From a virus, in the IMG/VR virus record IMGVR_UViG_3300042197_003319, positions 11,238-75,237 of that record: a DNA stretch of 64,000 bases. The stretch is one strand, 5' to 3'. The notes below the pieces were generated by a model. It was not told the DNA's origin and did not search any database. It saw nothing but the letters and a program-made list of their open reading frames with translations. Positions 47,701 through 53,613 of the stretch are shown piece after piece. Both the position numbers and the translations under genes were made by a program. How positions within the stretch are numbered: position 1 is the first letter of the stretch; every line of letters begins with the position of its first letter.

Positions 47701-50700
47701 GTTACGGATGGCGGTGGTGTTCTTGAGGTTCTGGGCTTCGTCGAACAGGATTACGTCCGCAGACTCAATGTCCTTAATGGAGTTCTTGGAATAAGCATCG
47801 TACGTGTAAAAGAACACGCGGTTCTTCGGGATGTTGGCCGAGGCCAACTGGCTTTTTAGGCCGCCCGTGGAAGCGTTGATTAGCTCGTTGCTTTCCGTGA
47901 TAACGATGACTTTCCCGTACGGCTCGTTGCGCGCAGCAGCTTTCATGTCTGCGATCACACGGGCAGCCGCCTGCCCCGACCTGGTCTTCCCCAGGCCTGC
48001 GTCGTCCGCCAACAGTGCCGCCTCCCGCCCAACCTTGTAGGCGTTCACAATCAGGTTGGCCGCTTCCCTTTGGTGCGGAAGCATCAGGTAACGGTTCGGG
48101 ACCACGTTTGGGACAGCCGGGTTTGCGTCCGAGATAACCTTCAATGCCGGCTCTTTGATGCCAACCCCCGGCTGCTTGGACGCAAGGATTGCCTGCATGA
48201 GCTGGATCGCTTTGTTTGCCGCCCCCTGTCTTGGGGACATATCAAGCTGGTCCTGGATTTCGGCGACCTCGACGTTGGTCAGGAAGCCCGACTCGTACAG
48301 CTCTTCCAGCAAATCCCTGGCCAGAGCCTGCGATTCCCGGTCAAAGGCGGTGAGCTGTGGCTTACCTTTCGTTTCCGAAAGAACCCTGAATGTCTTTTGC
48401 GGACCCTGGATTATCTCGGGCAGCTGCCCGGTTTTTTGGTAAGCTTCAAGGTCTTTGTTGTATTTTTCTTTTACAAAAGCCACCATCCCGTCGATCATTT
48501 TTGGAAGGCTCTTGGCCAGCTCTCCGGTGCTCGTCTTGTACCCCATCGAGTTAAGAACACCTGCTATCTCTGATAGCTTTGTGGTGTTCTTCGCAAACTC
48601 TTTCGGGTCTTGGTTTTTCCTTGAGGCTTCGTTAAGCGCAGCCCCGAGCAGGTACTTCTGGCCAGGGTCCTCGACCGAGGCGAAGTATGCGTTTTTGGCG
48701 TTCTTCCGAAGATCACTGCGGACATCTTCGTCACTGGCCTGAACCGTGGGGGAGGCAATCACATCCTCAAGCGTCTCGTCTCCTGAGTCGTCTCCCAGGC
48801 TTTTCTGGAGACTTACGGCGGACTCTAACCCTATTTTCCCGCCAAGCCTCCGGCCAAGCTTCCTGGAGTAGTCTTCCACCACGGAACGGAAGATCCTGTT
48901 TTTCGAAATTCCAGGTACGTCCTGGGTCTGGAAGAGTTCGTTGGCTTCTTTGTCCGTTACACCGGAGGTCTTGTTTTTACGGACATCGTACTTGCGGCGC
49001 AGCTGTCTCCAGTAGCGCATCCGAGCCGCGTTGGCCAAACGGGTTTCGTCAACGGTGAGGTTGGGGTTATCGAGCTTGAACTTTGAGGCCTTTTCCCGGA
49101 ATGCCCTTTCGGCCTCGGCAAGGTTTTGGGCCTCGTCGGGGGATTCCGGTAGTTTCTCAAGAGCAGCCAGATAGTCCGTGGACTCTTCGCTAAAAGAAAT
49201 TTCGTTGCTGACCCTAGACCCCGGTTGCGAGACCTTGGGTAAACGTCTTACCGGCTCAGGCCGGTTTTGCTGCAGCCTTCCGTACCTTGCGTTCAGATCG
49301 GAAAGCGCCGTGGAGACGTTTACCGGCAGATCCACTTCTGCCTCCTCCGGAGGAGGCGTTCCTTTGGCGAGCTCCTTGGCTCTGTCGACCATCGGCCCTT
49401 TCGGCTTTTGCCACAATACCGCAATGGTGTTTTTGACCTCTCGGACAAAAGCGGCTTGGAGCTCTTCGTCGTCCGGCCATACCAGGTCGGCCTGCTTTAG
49501 GATCGGGATGATCTTGTCCGCAAATTCGGCGTAGGATAAGTCGGACGGAAATAGTTTGTCCCCGTCCTTGATTCGTCCGGCCTCAAGAAATTCCGGGCGC
49601 AGCTTGTTGAGATAGTATTCGGCGGAGTAATCCACACTCCTCTGCAGCTTGGGGTCGAGCTTGGGCGTGCCGGTACCGCTGAAACCCTTAAAGAGAAATT
49701 GTTGGGTTAGTTTGTTTTCGGGGACAAGGGTTGTGTAAGGTTTCTCATCCCCTGCCCGCTTGAAGTCCATCTCAAGTTGCGGGTCGACCGGAACCGTAGC
49801 CTGTGTGTCAGGGTCAACTTGTTTGCCGACGGGGAGTTCCTGGTCCACCGCCAAAGGTTTGTCGACAGTCGCCTGGGTGTCTGGCGTTCTAACTTTTCCG
49901 GCAGGGAGTTCCTGGTCCACCGCCAATGGCTGGTCGACAGTCGCCTTGGTGTCGACTTTGGCCGGACGTCCTGGCCTTGAGAAGTTAAGCTCGTCCGGAA
50001 GTCTCCCAGTCCCAGCGATCTCTTCCCCTTCTACTTGAGGAGTGACTGGCGCTTGACCTTGTTCAGCAGCCCCTGGCTGCACGTTTTCCCCAGGAGCGAC
50101 TTCTTCTGGGGTTGTGGTTGCGGCTTCTTCTTTTTGTGTCGTTGATGGTTGCCCACTGGTTGTTCCCTCCGTTGGCATCAAAGAGCCAAGATCAAACGGC
50201 TCGTCTGTTTTTAAAATGTCCTCATCCGGCCTCTCGTATTCCGTCATCGGTTTGAGGGATTCGGCCACTTCCTGCTCAAGCCCGACTTCGGCCTGGGCCT
50301 GTGAGGTCAAAGGAGCGTTGGAAATCTCAGGTATATTCCCCGATCCTCTCCTCCTCAGCCTAAGCCCCAAGGCGTTGACGACTGCGCTGACCAAAACTCC
50401 GGAAGTTCCCCCAACCTTTGCCGACTGCAGGAGGTCTTCGGTTAACTCTTGGTTGGGGTTGTATCCAATCTTCTCAAAGAAGTTCGAGGCCCATGTCTGG
50501 AAAGCTTCCTGGGAAAATTCTTCTGCCCCTTCCTTCGCCACCTCTTTCATGTAACCAATAAAACCCCTTGAGAACTGACCTCCGGTGGAATCGTCCAGCT
50601 TGTCCACCCATTTGGCCATGGGGATCGCTTCGCTGGTTCCGAAAAGGGCGTTTAGCGCAGAGTACTTCAGGGCCTGCTCGTCGCTTGCGCCCTCTGAGAG

Positions 50701-51492
50701 CGCTTTGGAAACAGACTGTCCCCCGGAAATTGTCGACCCGGTTATCATCGTTGTTTGGGTCCCAGTCAGGCCGAGTGTTCTTCCGGCAGGACCCGCAAGC
50801 AACATCCCGGAACTTTGCCCGACCGCCCCGGCAACCTGACCCGGCAAGGACTCCTGGGTTTCCTGGCTTACCGGGAAAGTACCCTCGACGTTTTGCTCGT
50901 ATTTTCTGGCGAGCTGGTAACCCAGGGTTGACTCGACCGGGTAAGGTTTGCCCTGCGTGACATAACCAAGCCCGCTGGTTAAAGCTCCGTAGGCGTCAGC
51001 AGCCCCTGAGATGTTGGAATAAAAACCCCGCATAAGAGCGTTCGGAAGTTCACCCGCCTTCCAGGATTCCGGCTCTTGCGGCTTCTCAAAGGACTGAAGT
51101 TCGAGCCTTGCGTCCTGGGGAAGGATTTCAGCGGATACCGGTTCCGTCTCCGTAATACCCTGGAGGTCTTCCTGTAACAGGTCTGCCAGGGACTTCTCTT
51201 GCTGGAGTTTGGGCTTAGGGAGAAACGGTGCGTCCAACTCGGTCGACGCCATTTCGATGGGGGATGGCGGGTTGGAAAACATGGCGACCTGCTTGTTGTC
51301 ACCGGCCACAAGGGTTTTGTTGAACTCGCCAAGCACCTGGTCGTTTTCAGACGTATCCGGCTCGGCCTTAAGAAACTCTACAAACTTTTTCTGTTCTTCC
51401 GTGAGCTCTATTTCCGGCTCCGGGTTGTCTACCTGCCCCTTATCGCCGGCCAGAAGTTCGGCCAGCGTCTTGTTCGGATCGAGAGGGTTCAC
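35767..51492 (-). CDS. giant (5241 aa) internal virion / polyvalent protein
   Basis: Last gene of the virion operon. Contains an SF2 Strawberry-notch-like helicase (LLADDAGLGKT, DEAQNLKN, TATP, GGAGLSLDD), a ddrB/ParB-like domain (VVGGNAR), two LysM repeats, a degenerate GHKL domain, an EExxH motif, a sigma-like segment and a helical C-terminus resembling ejection proteins. Confidence 0.85.
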   Translation of the reverse strand: MNPLDPNKTLAELLAGDKGQVDNPEPEIELTEEQKKFVEFLKAEPDTSENDQVLGEFNKTLVAGDNKQVAMFSNPPSPIEMASTELDAPFLPKPKLQQEKSLADLLQEDLQGITETEPVSAEILPQDARLELQSFEKPQEPESWKAGELPNALMRGFYSNISGAADAYGALTSGLGYVTQGKPYPVESTLGYQLARKYEQNVEGTFPVSQETQESLPGQVAGAVGQSSGMLLAGPAGRTLGLTGTQTTMITGSTISGGQSVSKALSEGASDEQALKYSALNALFGTSEAIPMAKWVDKLDDSTGGQFSRGFIGYMKEVAKEGAEEFSQEAFQTWASNFFEKIGYNPNQELTEDLLQSAKVGGTSGVLVSAVVNALGLRLRRRGSGNIPEISNAPLTSQAQAEVGLEQEVAESLKPMTEYERPDEDILKTDEPFDLGSLMPTEGTTSGQPSTTQKEEAATTTPEEVAPGENVQPGAAEQGQAPVTPQVEGEEIAGTGRLPDELNFSRPGRPAKVDTKATVDQPLAVDQELPAGKVRTPDTQATVDKPLAVDQELPVGKQVDPDTQATVPVDPQLEMDFKRAGDEKPYTTLVPENKLTQQFLFKGFSGTGTPKLDPKLQRSVDYSAEYYLNKLRPEFLEAGRIKDGDKLFPSDLSYAEFADKIIPILKQADLVWPDDEELQAAFVREVKNTIAVLWQKPKGPMVDRAKELAKGTPPPEEAEVDLPVNVSTALSDLNARYGRLQQNRPEPVRRLPKVSQPGSRVSNEISFSEESTDYLAALEKLPESPDEAQNLAEAERAFREKASKFKLDNPNLTVDETRLANAARMRYWRQLRRKYDVRKNKTSGVTDKEANELFQTQDVPGISKNRIFRSVVEDYSRKLGRRLGGKIGLESAVSLQKSLGDDSGDETLEDVIASPTVQASDEDVRSDLRKNAKNAYFASVEDPGQKYLLGAALNEASRKNQDPKEFAKNTTKLSEIAGVLNSMGYKTSTGELAKSLPKMIDGMVAFVKEKYNKDLEAYQKTGQLPEIIQGPQKTFRVLSETKGKPQLTAFDRESQALARDLLEELYESGFLTNVEVAEIQDQLDMSPRQGAANKAIQLMQAILASKQPGVGIKEPALKVISDANPAVPNVVPNRYLMLPHQREAANLIVNAYKVGREAALLADDAGLGKTRSGQAAARVIADMKAAARNEPYGKVIVITESNELINASTGGLKSQLASANIPKNRVFFYTYDAYSKNSIKDIESADVILFDEAQNLKNTTAIRNQMARQTKAFKIFLTATPADRLSGALYFLPGILGKSETTVRSMLEISKNKEETIANLVESAATVGAYIRRVPEGINVQTSRVELNAGPQIKAQIEQIEGYYRRQISELTGDPSVIPTVEQQRKTLELEGVLKFKTEAWAEVNKAPYIFEMAMQDLRQGKQVVIFGEFVNEISFPEINFGKTPSMLEMLNDMFRKEGLQPAVIYGEGGAQMTSDINDFQVGLKRVALVTPMKGGAGLSLDDQTGTAPRVVYIATPNEAADKHDQILKRAGYRLSSMSEPVIKELVASDIWTDLERIRRRESKQGVLAATQGVLQQGDSNQPTLPFQGSTYVDGRPQIPKETGDGKVYAKDLQGEVRRQATVLRNGQLVDERFSSLSPYQQDVVDEFAKALSDLKFKNVKIIFGDRGDMAAWVSISSPDFNTVYIKPEVLLNNRDRISLNMRGRVGEAGRGYLLSTASEEMAHNATYAVVRTVAVQLYDRQIRSGELTAQEAYSRTMNYLTQKAFEEISPEALELLRKRYGRELDDKSATIEYIRFVLQKARLGYTTEDFIRPSEADEESLRQLLKGVPKDGYLAMWFKALRQAVFDILGRLGITVKDSPFLGSVLDATDNILFHLEKYGPNAPPKNNESITSLLKLVSTEEGPKVTLREGGSAVTAEPVDLSSVTRTITHATTLKKRNPGDIVDFGPEQKVRDASGQRHPFVYAWVKRSKVQASHMGSEKFFGANSRYTGRNTRNYSYDPAEKEKILKIQGPGFDPQQIVNEGAGSPNQGLPTLIFDKAVGEWMVVGGNAREQVLGYQFAKSPENVSAMLDLAKDMTARMGGEIPADLETGGYFLYRVMTEQVDTSTQEGSERLDYLVKVMNAEGGSELTHLQKADQDYDAVAKSETKRKKLRSLAVDLHNLTREGAQTFIKQLVEENVIDRDSRAALLSSAAGSQPVEYLQYMILREFLQPMDRHLNAPKSTTPATEMVREVMDQGNAKNLYLSMAQCVASSEVLGEKESAQYKAFFSRLMNQMLSQKARNMSPYAAIKELASSSNVMDLLDEKGTATNKFPEIDANPEFRALVDFMSEKIGPTTKLENGKTKYTAKSATLFNVMMDELAAALSDNSRQGNAEDMFSVSPIQKAMEAVTFRVKEAQKPNQDLESKEWVSGTGTPRTREQIELEMKEIRRQIAEIKWEVVRKTLERDRQSIQKPVYYFGEEVYEEETDYASSNYNNPNTGLDDEEFYDGMDVDSAAEEILTEDYAGKYAYLSTQHGLYMGAQGFQITTDQQEKYGPNLANLEVFDSPEITDEVLEQRGFKSRWEYNRLLAALEAAGMENYFRFKKVLETIAKDEQWLEETIELAKTRKELRDFMQEIKKLSEPMVQTKALQDPVVNVLFGPFRKAIEVTKTNSRILSYEDEAVKKLVETNKHTKEILRFLNAIGDQEKTKEARELAEKAVAAYEQWLTTNVSIPEITGADADWDAGLKKWVSKKAKQELPPAPLDKAARRRLQMTMKLIDQKSIRSAVLTPSIPKRVNEYRVHLKNIEEDIRKQDQKILLINQEILSELQMGEENNPRAALAFKKRSELQAARQKILAEKAEVQDVFDRMLKTEYVSQIKVDDSQEGVLVTEQELNNLPPAIVAELKRRGMVPKFGQGAPVYKKTIEWTFPANYLGLANVEDKKISAEILYQETKEKGWSKAESGEWQLPVSYGGVGMILKYNSDKNVSGNFKIPIFTDGSYVPSLHAEYAASAYYTTKKAVTITRDQGTDSPTLMVTLPVEPDLSAIRRVEFKSEKETQSLKPATIIGMKPAGTPIIKSEPMVDERGNSMWEFQLHPEIADINAKRLLKEIAGKPNKRGGPRGEAMVMSMASAAAKINRSTGSIGAVNSRSKKIYIRARNADEAVMIAIQKLGEQGDIYYKGKWYGKDIATRTKKVDIEKTERPDNVAQSQIEVRKALRKQRIDLLMEAIEQGRATNSSFDYVVKREAEAYLAGRFEAGASINDQDIVKVGMMFGWVTYRKGEFNKQGLEKIQQLALLRNTPKSMSVVNRSKKISATGPMRSVTENMLFAGKSPQMDVPVEATEYVVPEGRKRTSDEVLADIAAKNGVSVQDLKKANNLTMGKVIVGSQLLIPGTTKSVEVPPFFEAPEQLTLLEIATKYGLTREEVAKHNNLPTDYQPKPGDVIKIPESPRTNNLMDLALKIIKERSHVTYPQMLYKDRAPTGVQLVSRNGEVAGTGSLYYDGEDAPGRVKVPLLVNKTLVENAIGQAKDYDLVNGLTELIQQAFKAGNAKTKVSVTVDKVNNRYTIIDNNNGMSAEELERFLFERFEHSDRLKLTPLDHVIATSGISISTNRGGVLTEVSLTPESLLDENNRYVNMYSHEDYGDATGVTKGTKIVIQPRTVLYFEGVPKIPGYHELNSLDLYKVDKTNSQKLEYSEIGRNAKTSFEINKRDKLSTKETVHPEPPVTGSEAKARRARPKFRFTWDLIDKGAIGFTTLNVSREGARGNVASQMIVAKYPFNGRVWQRSEFGLLVRELEKQEKAGTIKFVIRNDDVAGTGSPYRGEQGEREARGMKYFKKREGKERRQVFAGQLARDERLGNELRSATALGEFKYSVRTQPLRAEEMLALINRVGGAEQATRAILSPDLSVNDEELQAIRDGSTRHFDNIVILNSILIQQLEKAAKENPERANEIRAMQFALARKQADLGTSLAQGLRAFGAYSRIGVAGWMWFATNAKQVERLRQVGLFADDIAKAKMAGDQAINSALEKVFGKEEVSKLGGLIESTANNAIWAQLLLKAKRIASISSEWQRMSTNTLSDVLDQQIKTAKEMVELLKKTEDSAETRRQMSATVAEGTAALLQKGTASAKEVAKELGVSEGEVLENIEEAQDVLDESAQATTNEINNHLWNRFGTTMMSDEADEQVSGTGSPVKDVNKASRKIIENVLDGFLENFERALDAKDAENKAPKETAVGIIRRILRERVQLQGNGQLKLTRSKMSQEQRKLQSVRRFREAMNNWESLQTAVQMIYDSLKDSVDEGSYQLIVEAMQQAMDEPFTTADVRSYMTLPSFNFKEFVFNRRYLLTARKAEVLADLVAELKASGIEVKEDVLGRVLSKISDEMEKIAQTEIQRSIQLVFGKSENRATRAIRDNLHNVVKAALAGNLTEQVIYGYVAKKLKLDDENWMPSEQTKKTIEKLANEIANDPDGPDSRRAGRKTMDILDAIKKDSGVTVLEAFVGQFYTNILQGVKTITVNLLSPIGNALNLGAMLGVRVARDKNMSSVRVAMKAIPRAINNALVEAIDLLATGDSSGKTLAPGKTLSTRVSGRPLPELLGEGGVRINANSSFGRGVAKLAELWFGWNKRGIWPQIPISKSAWDKTFKLVRVGLKKVGAGTIRSPEYGDSAAIQVSPTGLGILISRLYNSLDLATTTFYSELAAALAASDVSRELAENYPDRDVPDAQGLLSSDLGSMLRTARQIAGTNERLPEGLEGPEIVRKLEREASEERVERLKPGTLEFRQQLYLSARRNRGLANPYWNRVWNRASEAERKTIDRMVGAVTDEAFFLGSVLAYTNKPMGVTGFLAKTLEGWSNDYLIAKLVQPFYGIVTSVYQTWLSWMGTGILKSMNPTIKVWGEGTRQKPSDMRAMELGGGIAGLGIMLAGLTAIIARTIDGDDDEKERFLDFSGKGPSDPAFRQALIDSGKWQPESIKVGNMWFKNPNWLPTFLLFKSLGYMRDYSKYEKPNQAKAGELAMQFSLAGLKSMLFGIVDVPFLSGVKTLADLGNLDSGSWDKKAVAFLMRTGGSMLFGNLLREADRKIFPEKTDNYSSIMAAGIGNIPFLRNFNHPMTNVLGEPMLSDGSELPKDGWDRAKQAFFNYGDIVMRYRDNPDPLWIELAKKRAWVTLPERQVRVRGVLLNEEQRDDWVMERAKVLRETLRDPEWLKELPERTSGDVQNEITRLTSRANKSADLLVLNKYELWQEASDKRQLKRELGPRNVD
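49790..49960 (-). repeat. about 72-bp (24-aa) tandem repeat x2.5 inside the giant gene
   Basis: DT(K/Q)ATVD(Q/K)PLAVDQELP(A/V)GK repeated. Confidence 0.8.
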
Positions 51493-52574
51493 CGGGGTTT
51501 ACCGGTGTTAATCGAAAAGTCTTTGATATTAAGCAAAGACCCGTTGTACGAGATGGCGTCAGAGTATTGCGCCTGAGTCATCTGTCTGGTGCGGACCTGA
51601 GTCTCACCCGGAAGGGTATAGTTTACCGTGTAGGTAATCTCCCCGTCTTTCGGTAGAGTCGAGCTTTCCATCATCCTCAAAGCGTCTTCGTTTGAAAAAG
51701 CTCCTCTTTGGGCTTGGTTTCTCTTCGCCACCGATTCCAGATACTGCATCTTAAACTTCTCGGCATTCGCCTGCGCGTTCTCGTAAAGCTTTTGGTTGCC
51801 GCTTTGAGCCGCTTGGGCGGCCACTTTTTGATATTCAATCCACTGGGTTTTTGCGGCGTCAACCTGGTCGTCCAGAGCCTTAAACTCCTGGGTTAGTTTT
51901 TTGTCGCGGTTAGTCTGGCTCAACTTTGCCATCTCAACCGTCATGTCCATTTGCTTGGCCATGTATGTCGGGTTTGAGCTGAGAGATTTTTTAGCAGCAT
52001 ATTGAGCCGAATCCGTTAAAGCCTTTGCGTGCTCAGCACCAAGTTGAGAGATGGGAATGCCAGCCTGAAGAAGTGCCCGAGCTTCGTCTGCGTACCCACG
52101 CTGAATCGGGTCAGCCCCAAGGGTCAGGGAGTATTCGGTAAGATTATTGATGTCTTGCAGACGGTTCTTTTGCCCGGCTGACGCTGACAAATAGTTGGCT
52201 TTCTGAATCCTAAAAGCTTCACGCTGGGCGTTGTTAAACCTTCCGATTGACTCCGGGTCTACCCCTTCGATCTGTACGTCCTGGTATGTTGCTGATTTAA
52301 GCCCCTCGTAGTCTTCGTTGATTGCAGCTGTTTGAAGCTTTTCAAACTGACTCTGGGCTCCGGTGGACCCGAGAGCAGTTGCCCTTTCCAAATCCATCGT
52401 GCGTTTGGTGTTTTGGATGGCAAGGCTCCGCATTTCCTGTTCCTGCTCAAAGGCTCTTTGGCGAAGACTAAGCTCTTGCTGGGCACGACCCTCACGCATG
52501 CCCATAAGGACATCGCTAAACGCTGTTTGGATAGCGTTGCCAGCCTGAATTCCAAATGCTTCGTATCCCGCCAT
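51489..52574 (-). CDS. internal virion (ejection) protein
   Basis: 361 aa Q/A/E-rich helical protein, GTAA-coupled to the giant gene. Confidence 0.6.
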   Translation of the reverse strand: MAGYEAFGIQAGNAIQTAFSDVLMGMREGRAQQELSLRQRAFEQEQEMRSLAIQNTKRTMDLERATALGSTGAQSQFEKLQTAAINEDYEGLKSATYQDVQIEGVDPESIGRFNNAQREAFRIQKANYLSASAGQKNRLQDINNLTEYSLTLGADPIQRGYADEARALLQAGIPISQLGAEHAKALTDSAQYAAKKSLSSNPTYMAKQMDMTVEMAKLSQTNRDKKLTQEFKALDDQVDAAKTQWIEYQKVAAQAAQSGNQKLYENAQANAEKFKMQYLESVAKRNQAQRGAFSNEDALRMMESSTLPKDGEITYTVNYTLPGETQVRTRQMTQAQYSDAISYNGSLLNIKDFSINTGKPR

Positions 52575-52578
52575 AACC

Positions 52579-53529
52579 TTAACCGATTGATCTCACGTTT
52601 GTCCGGTCAAAGAGCGAAGCCATATAGTAGTCGCTAAGTCCTCCGTACCCACCACGGTTCTGGTAGGCCGCGCTTAAACCTCCGAAACCAGCAGTAGCTC
52701 CCCCAAGCCCCTGGAAAATTCCAGCCATCCCCATCCCCTTTGCGCCACCATAAGAACCCATCAGACTCGACCCGGCCGACATCCCAAGACCTCCGCCAAT
52801 CATAGCCCCGGCTGCAGTACCGATCCCAGGGAAGGCAAAAGTCCCAAGCGCAGCGCCGATTCCGGCACCGCCTCCACCACCCACAAGACCACCTAGGGCA
52901 GCTCCAAGCCCGCTACCTCCGTACTTTGAGTCGTACTCGTAGCTGGCCTGGGAGTTCATGTTCGCCACTTGCGCGTTCCACTCGGCCTGACGATTGGCCA
53001 CGTCATTGTTGTAGTACTGGTTGGTGAGCTCCTCCGCTCGAAGTTGCTGAGGCGTAAAAGCAAGATTCATCGCCTGCAGAGGCATCAGGCTTCGTGTCTC
53101 GCCACGGAGCTTACTCAACATGTCAACGCCAGAATTTTCGAGATCCATCGTAGTTAACAGGAGATCTCTTGGTTCCAAGGTTGACCTTGCCGGACCCTGG
53201 ATTCCACTGGTAAGCGATTTAAAAGCGGCGGTTCGCGAAACTTTATTTGCGGCGTCGGCAGGTAAGTTTCCTTCCGCACGCGACATCGCAATTTGTTGAG
53301 TCTTGTCAAAACCTTCCTTATACCCGGGAGACAATTCGTTAAGCGCGTTTTGGTATTTGCTCGCCGAGGAAAGAATTGTCTTTTGAAGCTCTTCAAAATT
53401 TATTTCCTGCGAATTAAATTTGTCCAAAGCCGTCTTGAAATCCGACAGCTCCACTTTGCTAAGTGTCGGAGCTACGTAATTTGGCTTGGCCGGGTCGTTC
53501 CCGCCAAAAATGTCGTCCCAAAAACCCAT
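52579..53529 (-). CDS. DNA ejection/pilot-like protein with Gly-rich hydrophobic C-terminus
   Basis: Coiled-coil N-half; GLGAALGGLVGG...GIGTAAGAMIGGGLG glycine zipper. Confidence 0.6.
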   Translation of the reverse strand: MGFWDDIFGGNDPAKPNYVAPTLSKVELSDFKTALDKFNSQEINFEELQKTILSSASKYQNALNELSPGYKEGFDKTQQIAMSRAEGNLPADAANKVSRTAAFKSLTSGIQGPARSTLEPRDLLLTTMDLENSGVDMLSKLRGETRSLMPLQAMNLAFTPQQLRAEELTNQYYNNDVANRQAEWNAQVANMNSQASYEYDSKYGGSGLGAALGGLVGGGGGAGIGAALGTFAFPGIGTAAGAMIGGGLGMSAGSSLMGSYGGAKGMGMAGIFQGLGGATAGFGGLSAAYQNRGGYGGLSDYYMASLFDRTNVRSIG

Positions 53530-53613
53530 TTAAACAAGATCCCCAGGTTTGATCGGTTTTTCCATGAGTACTCCTATGTTCCTGTATGACTTAGTTTTGT
53601 CAATATTCCCACC

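Noticed and set aside
35767-51492. N4-like virion RNA polymerase
   Set aside because: I could not find T7-type motifs A/B/C or the DxDGD motif of two-barrel polymerases; a very divergent one cannot be excluded without profile search.
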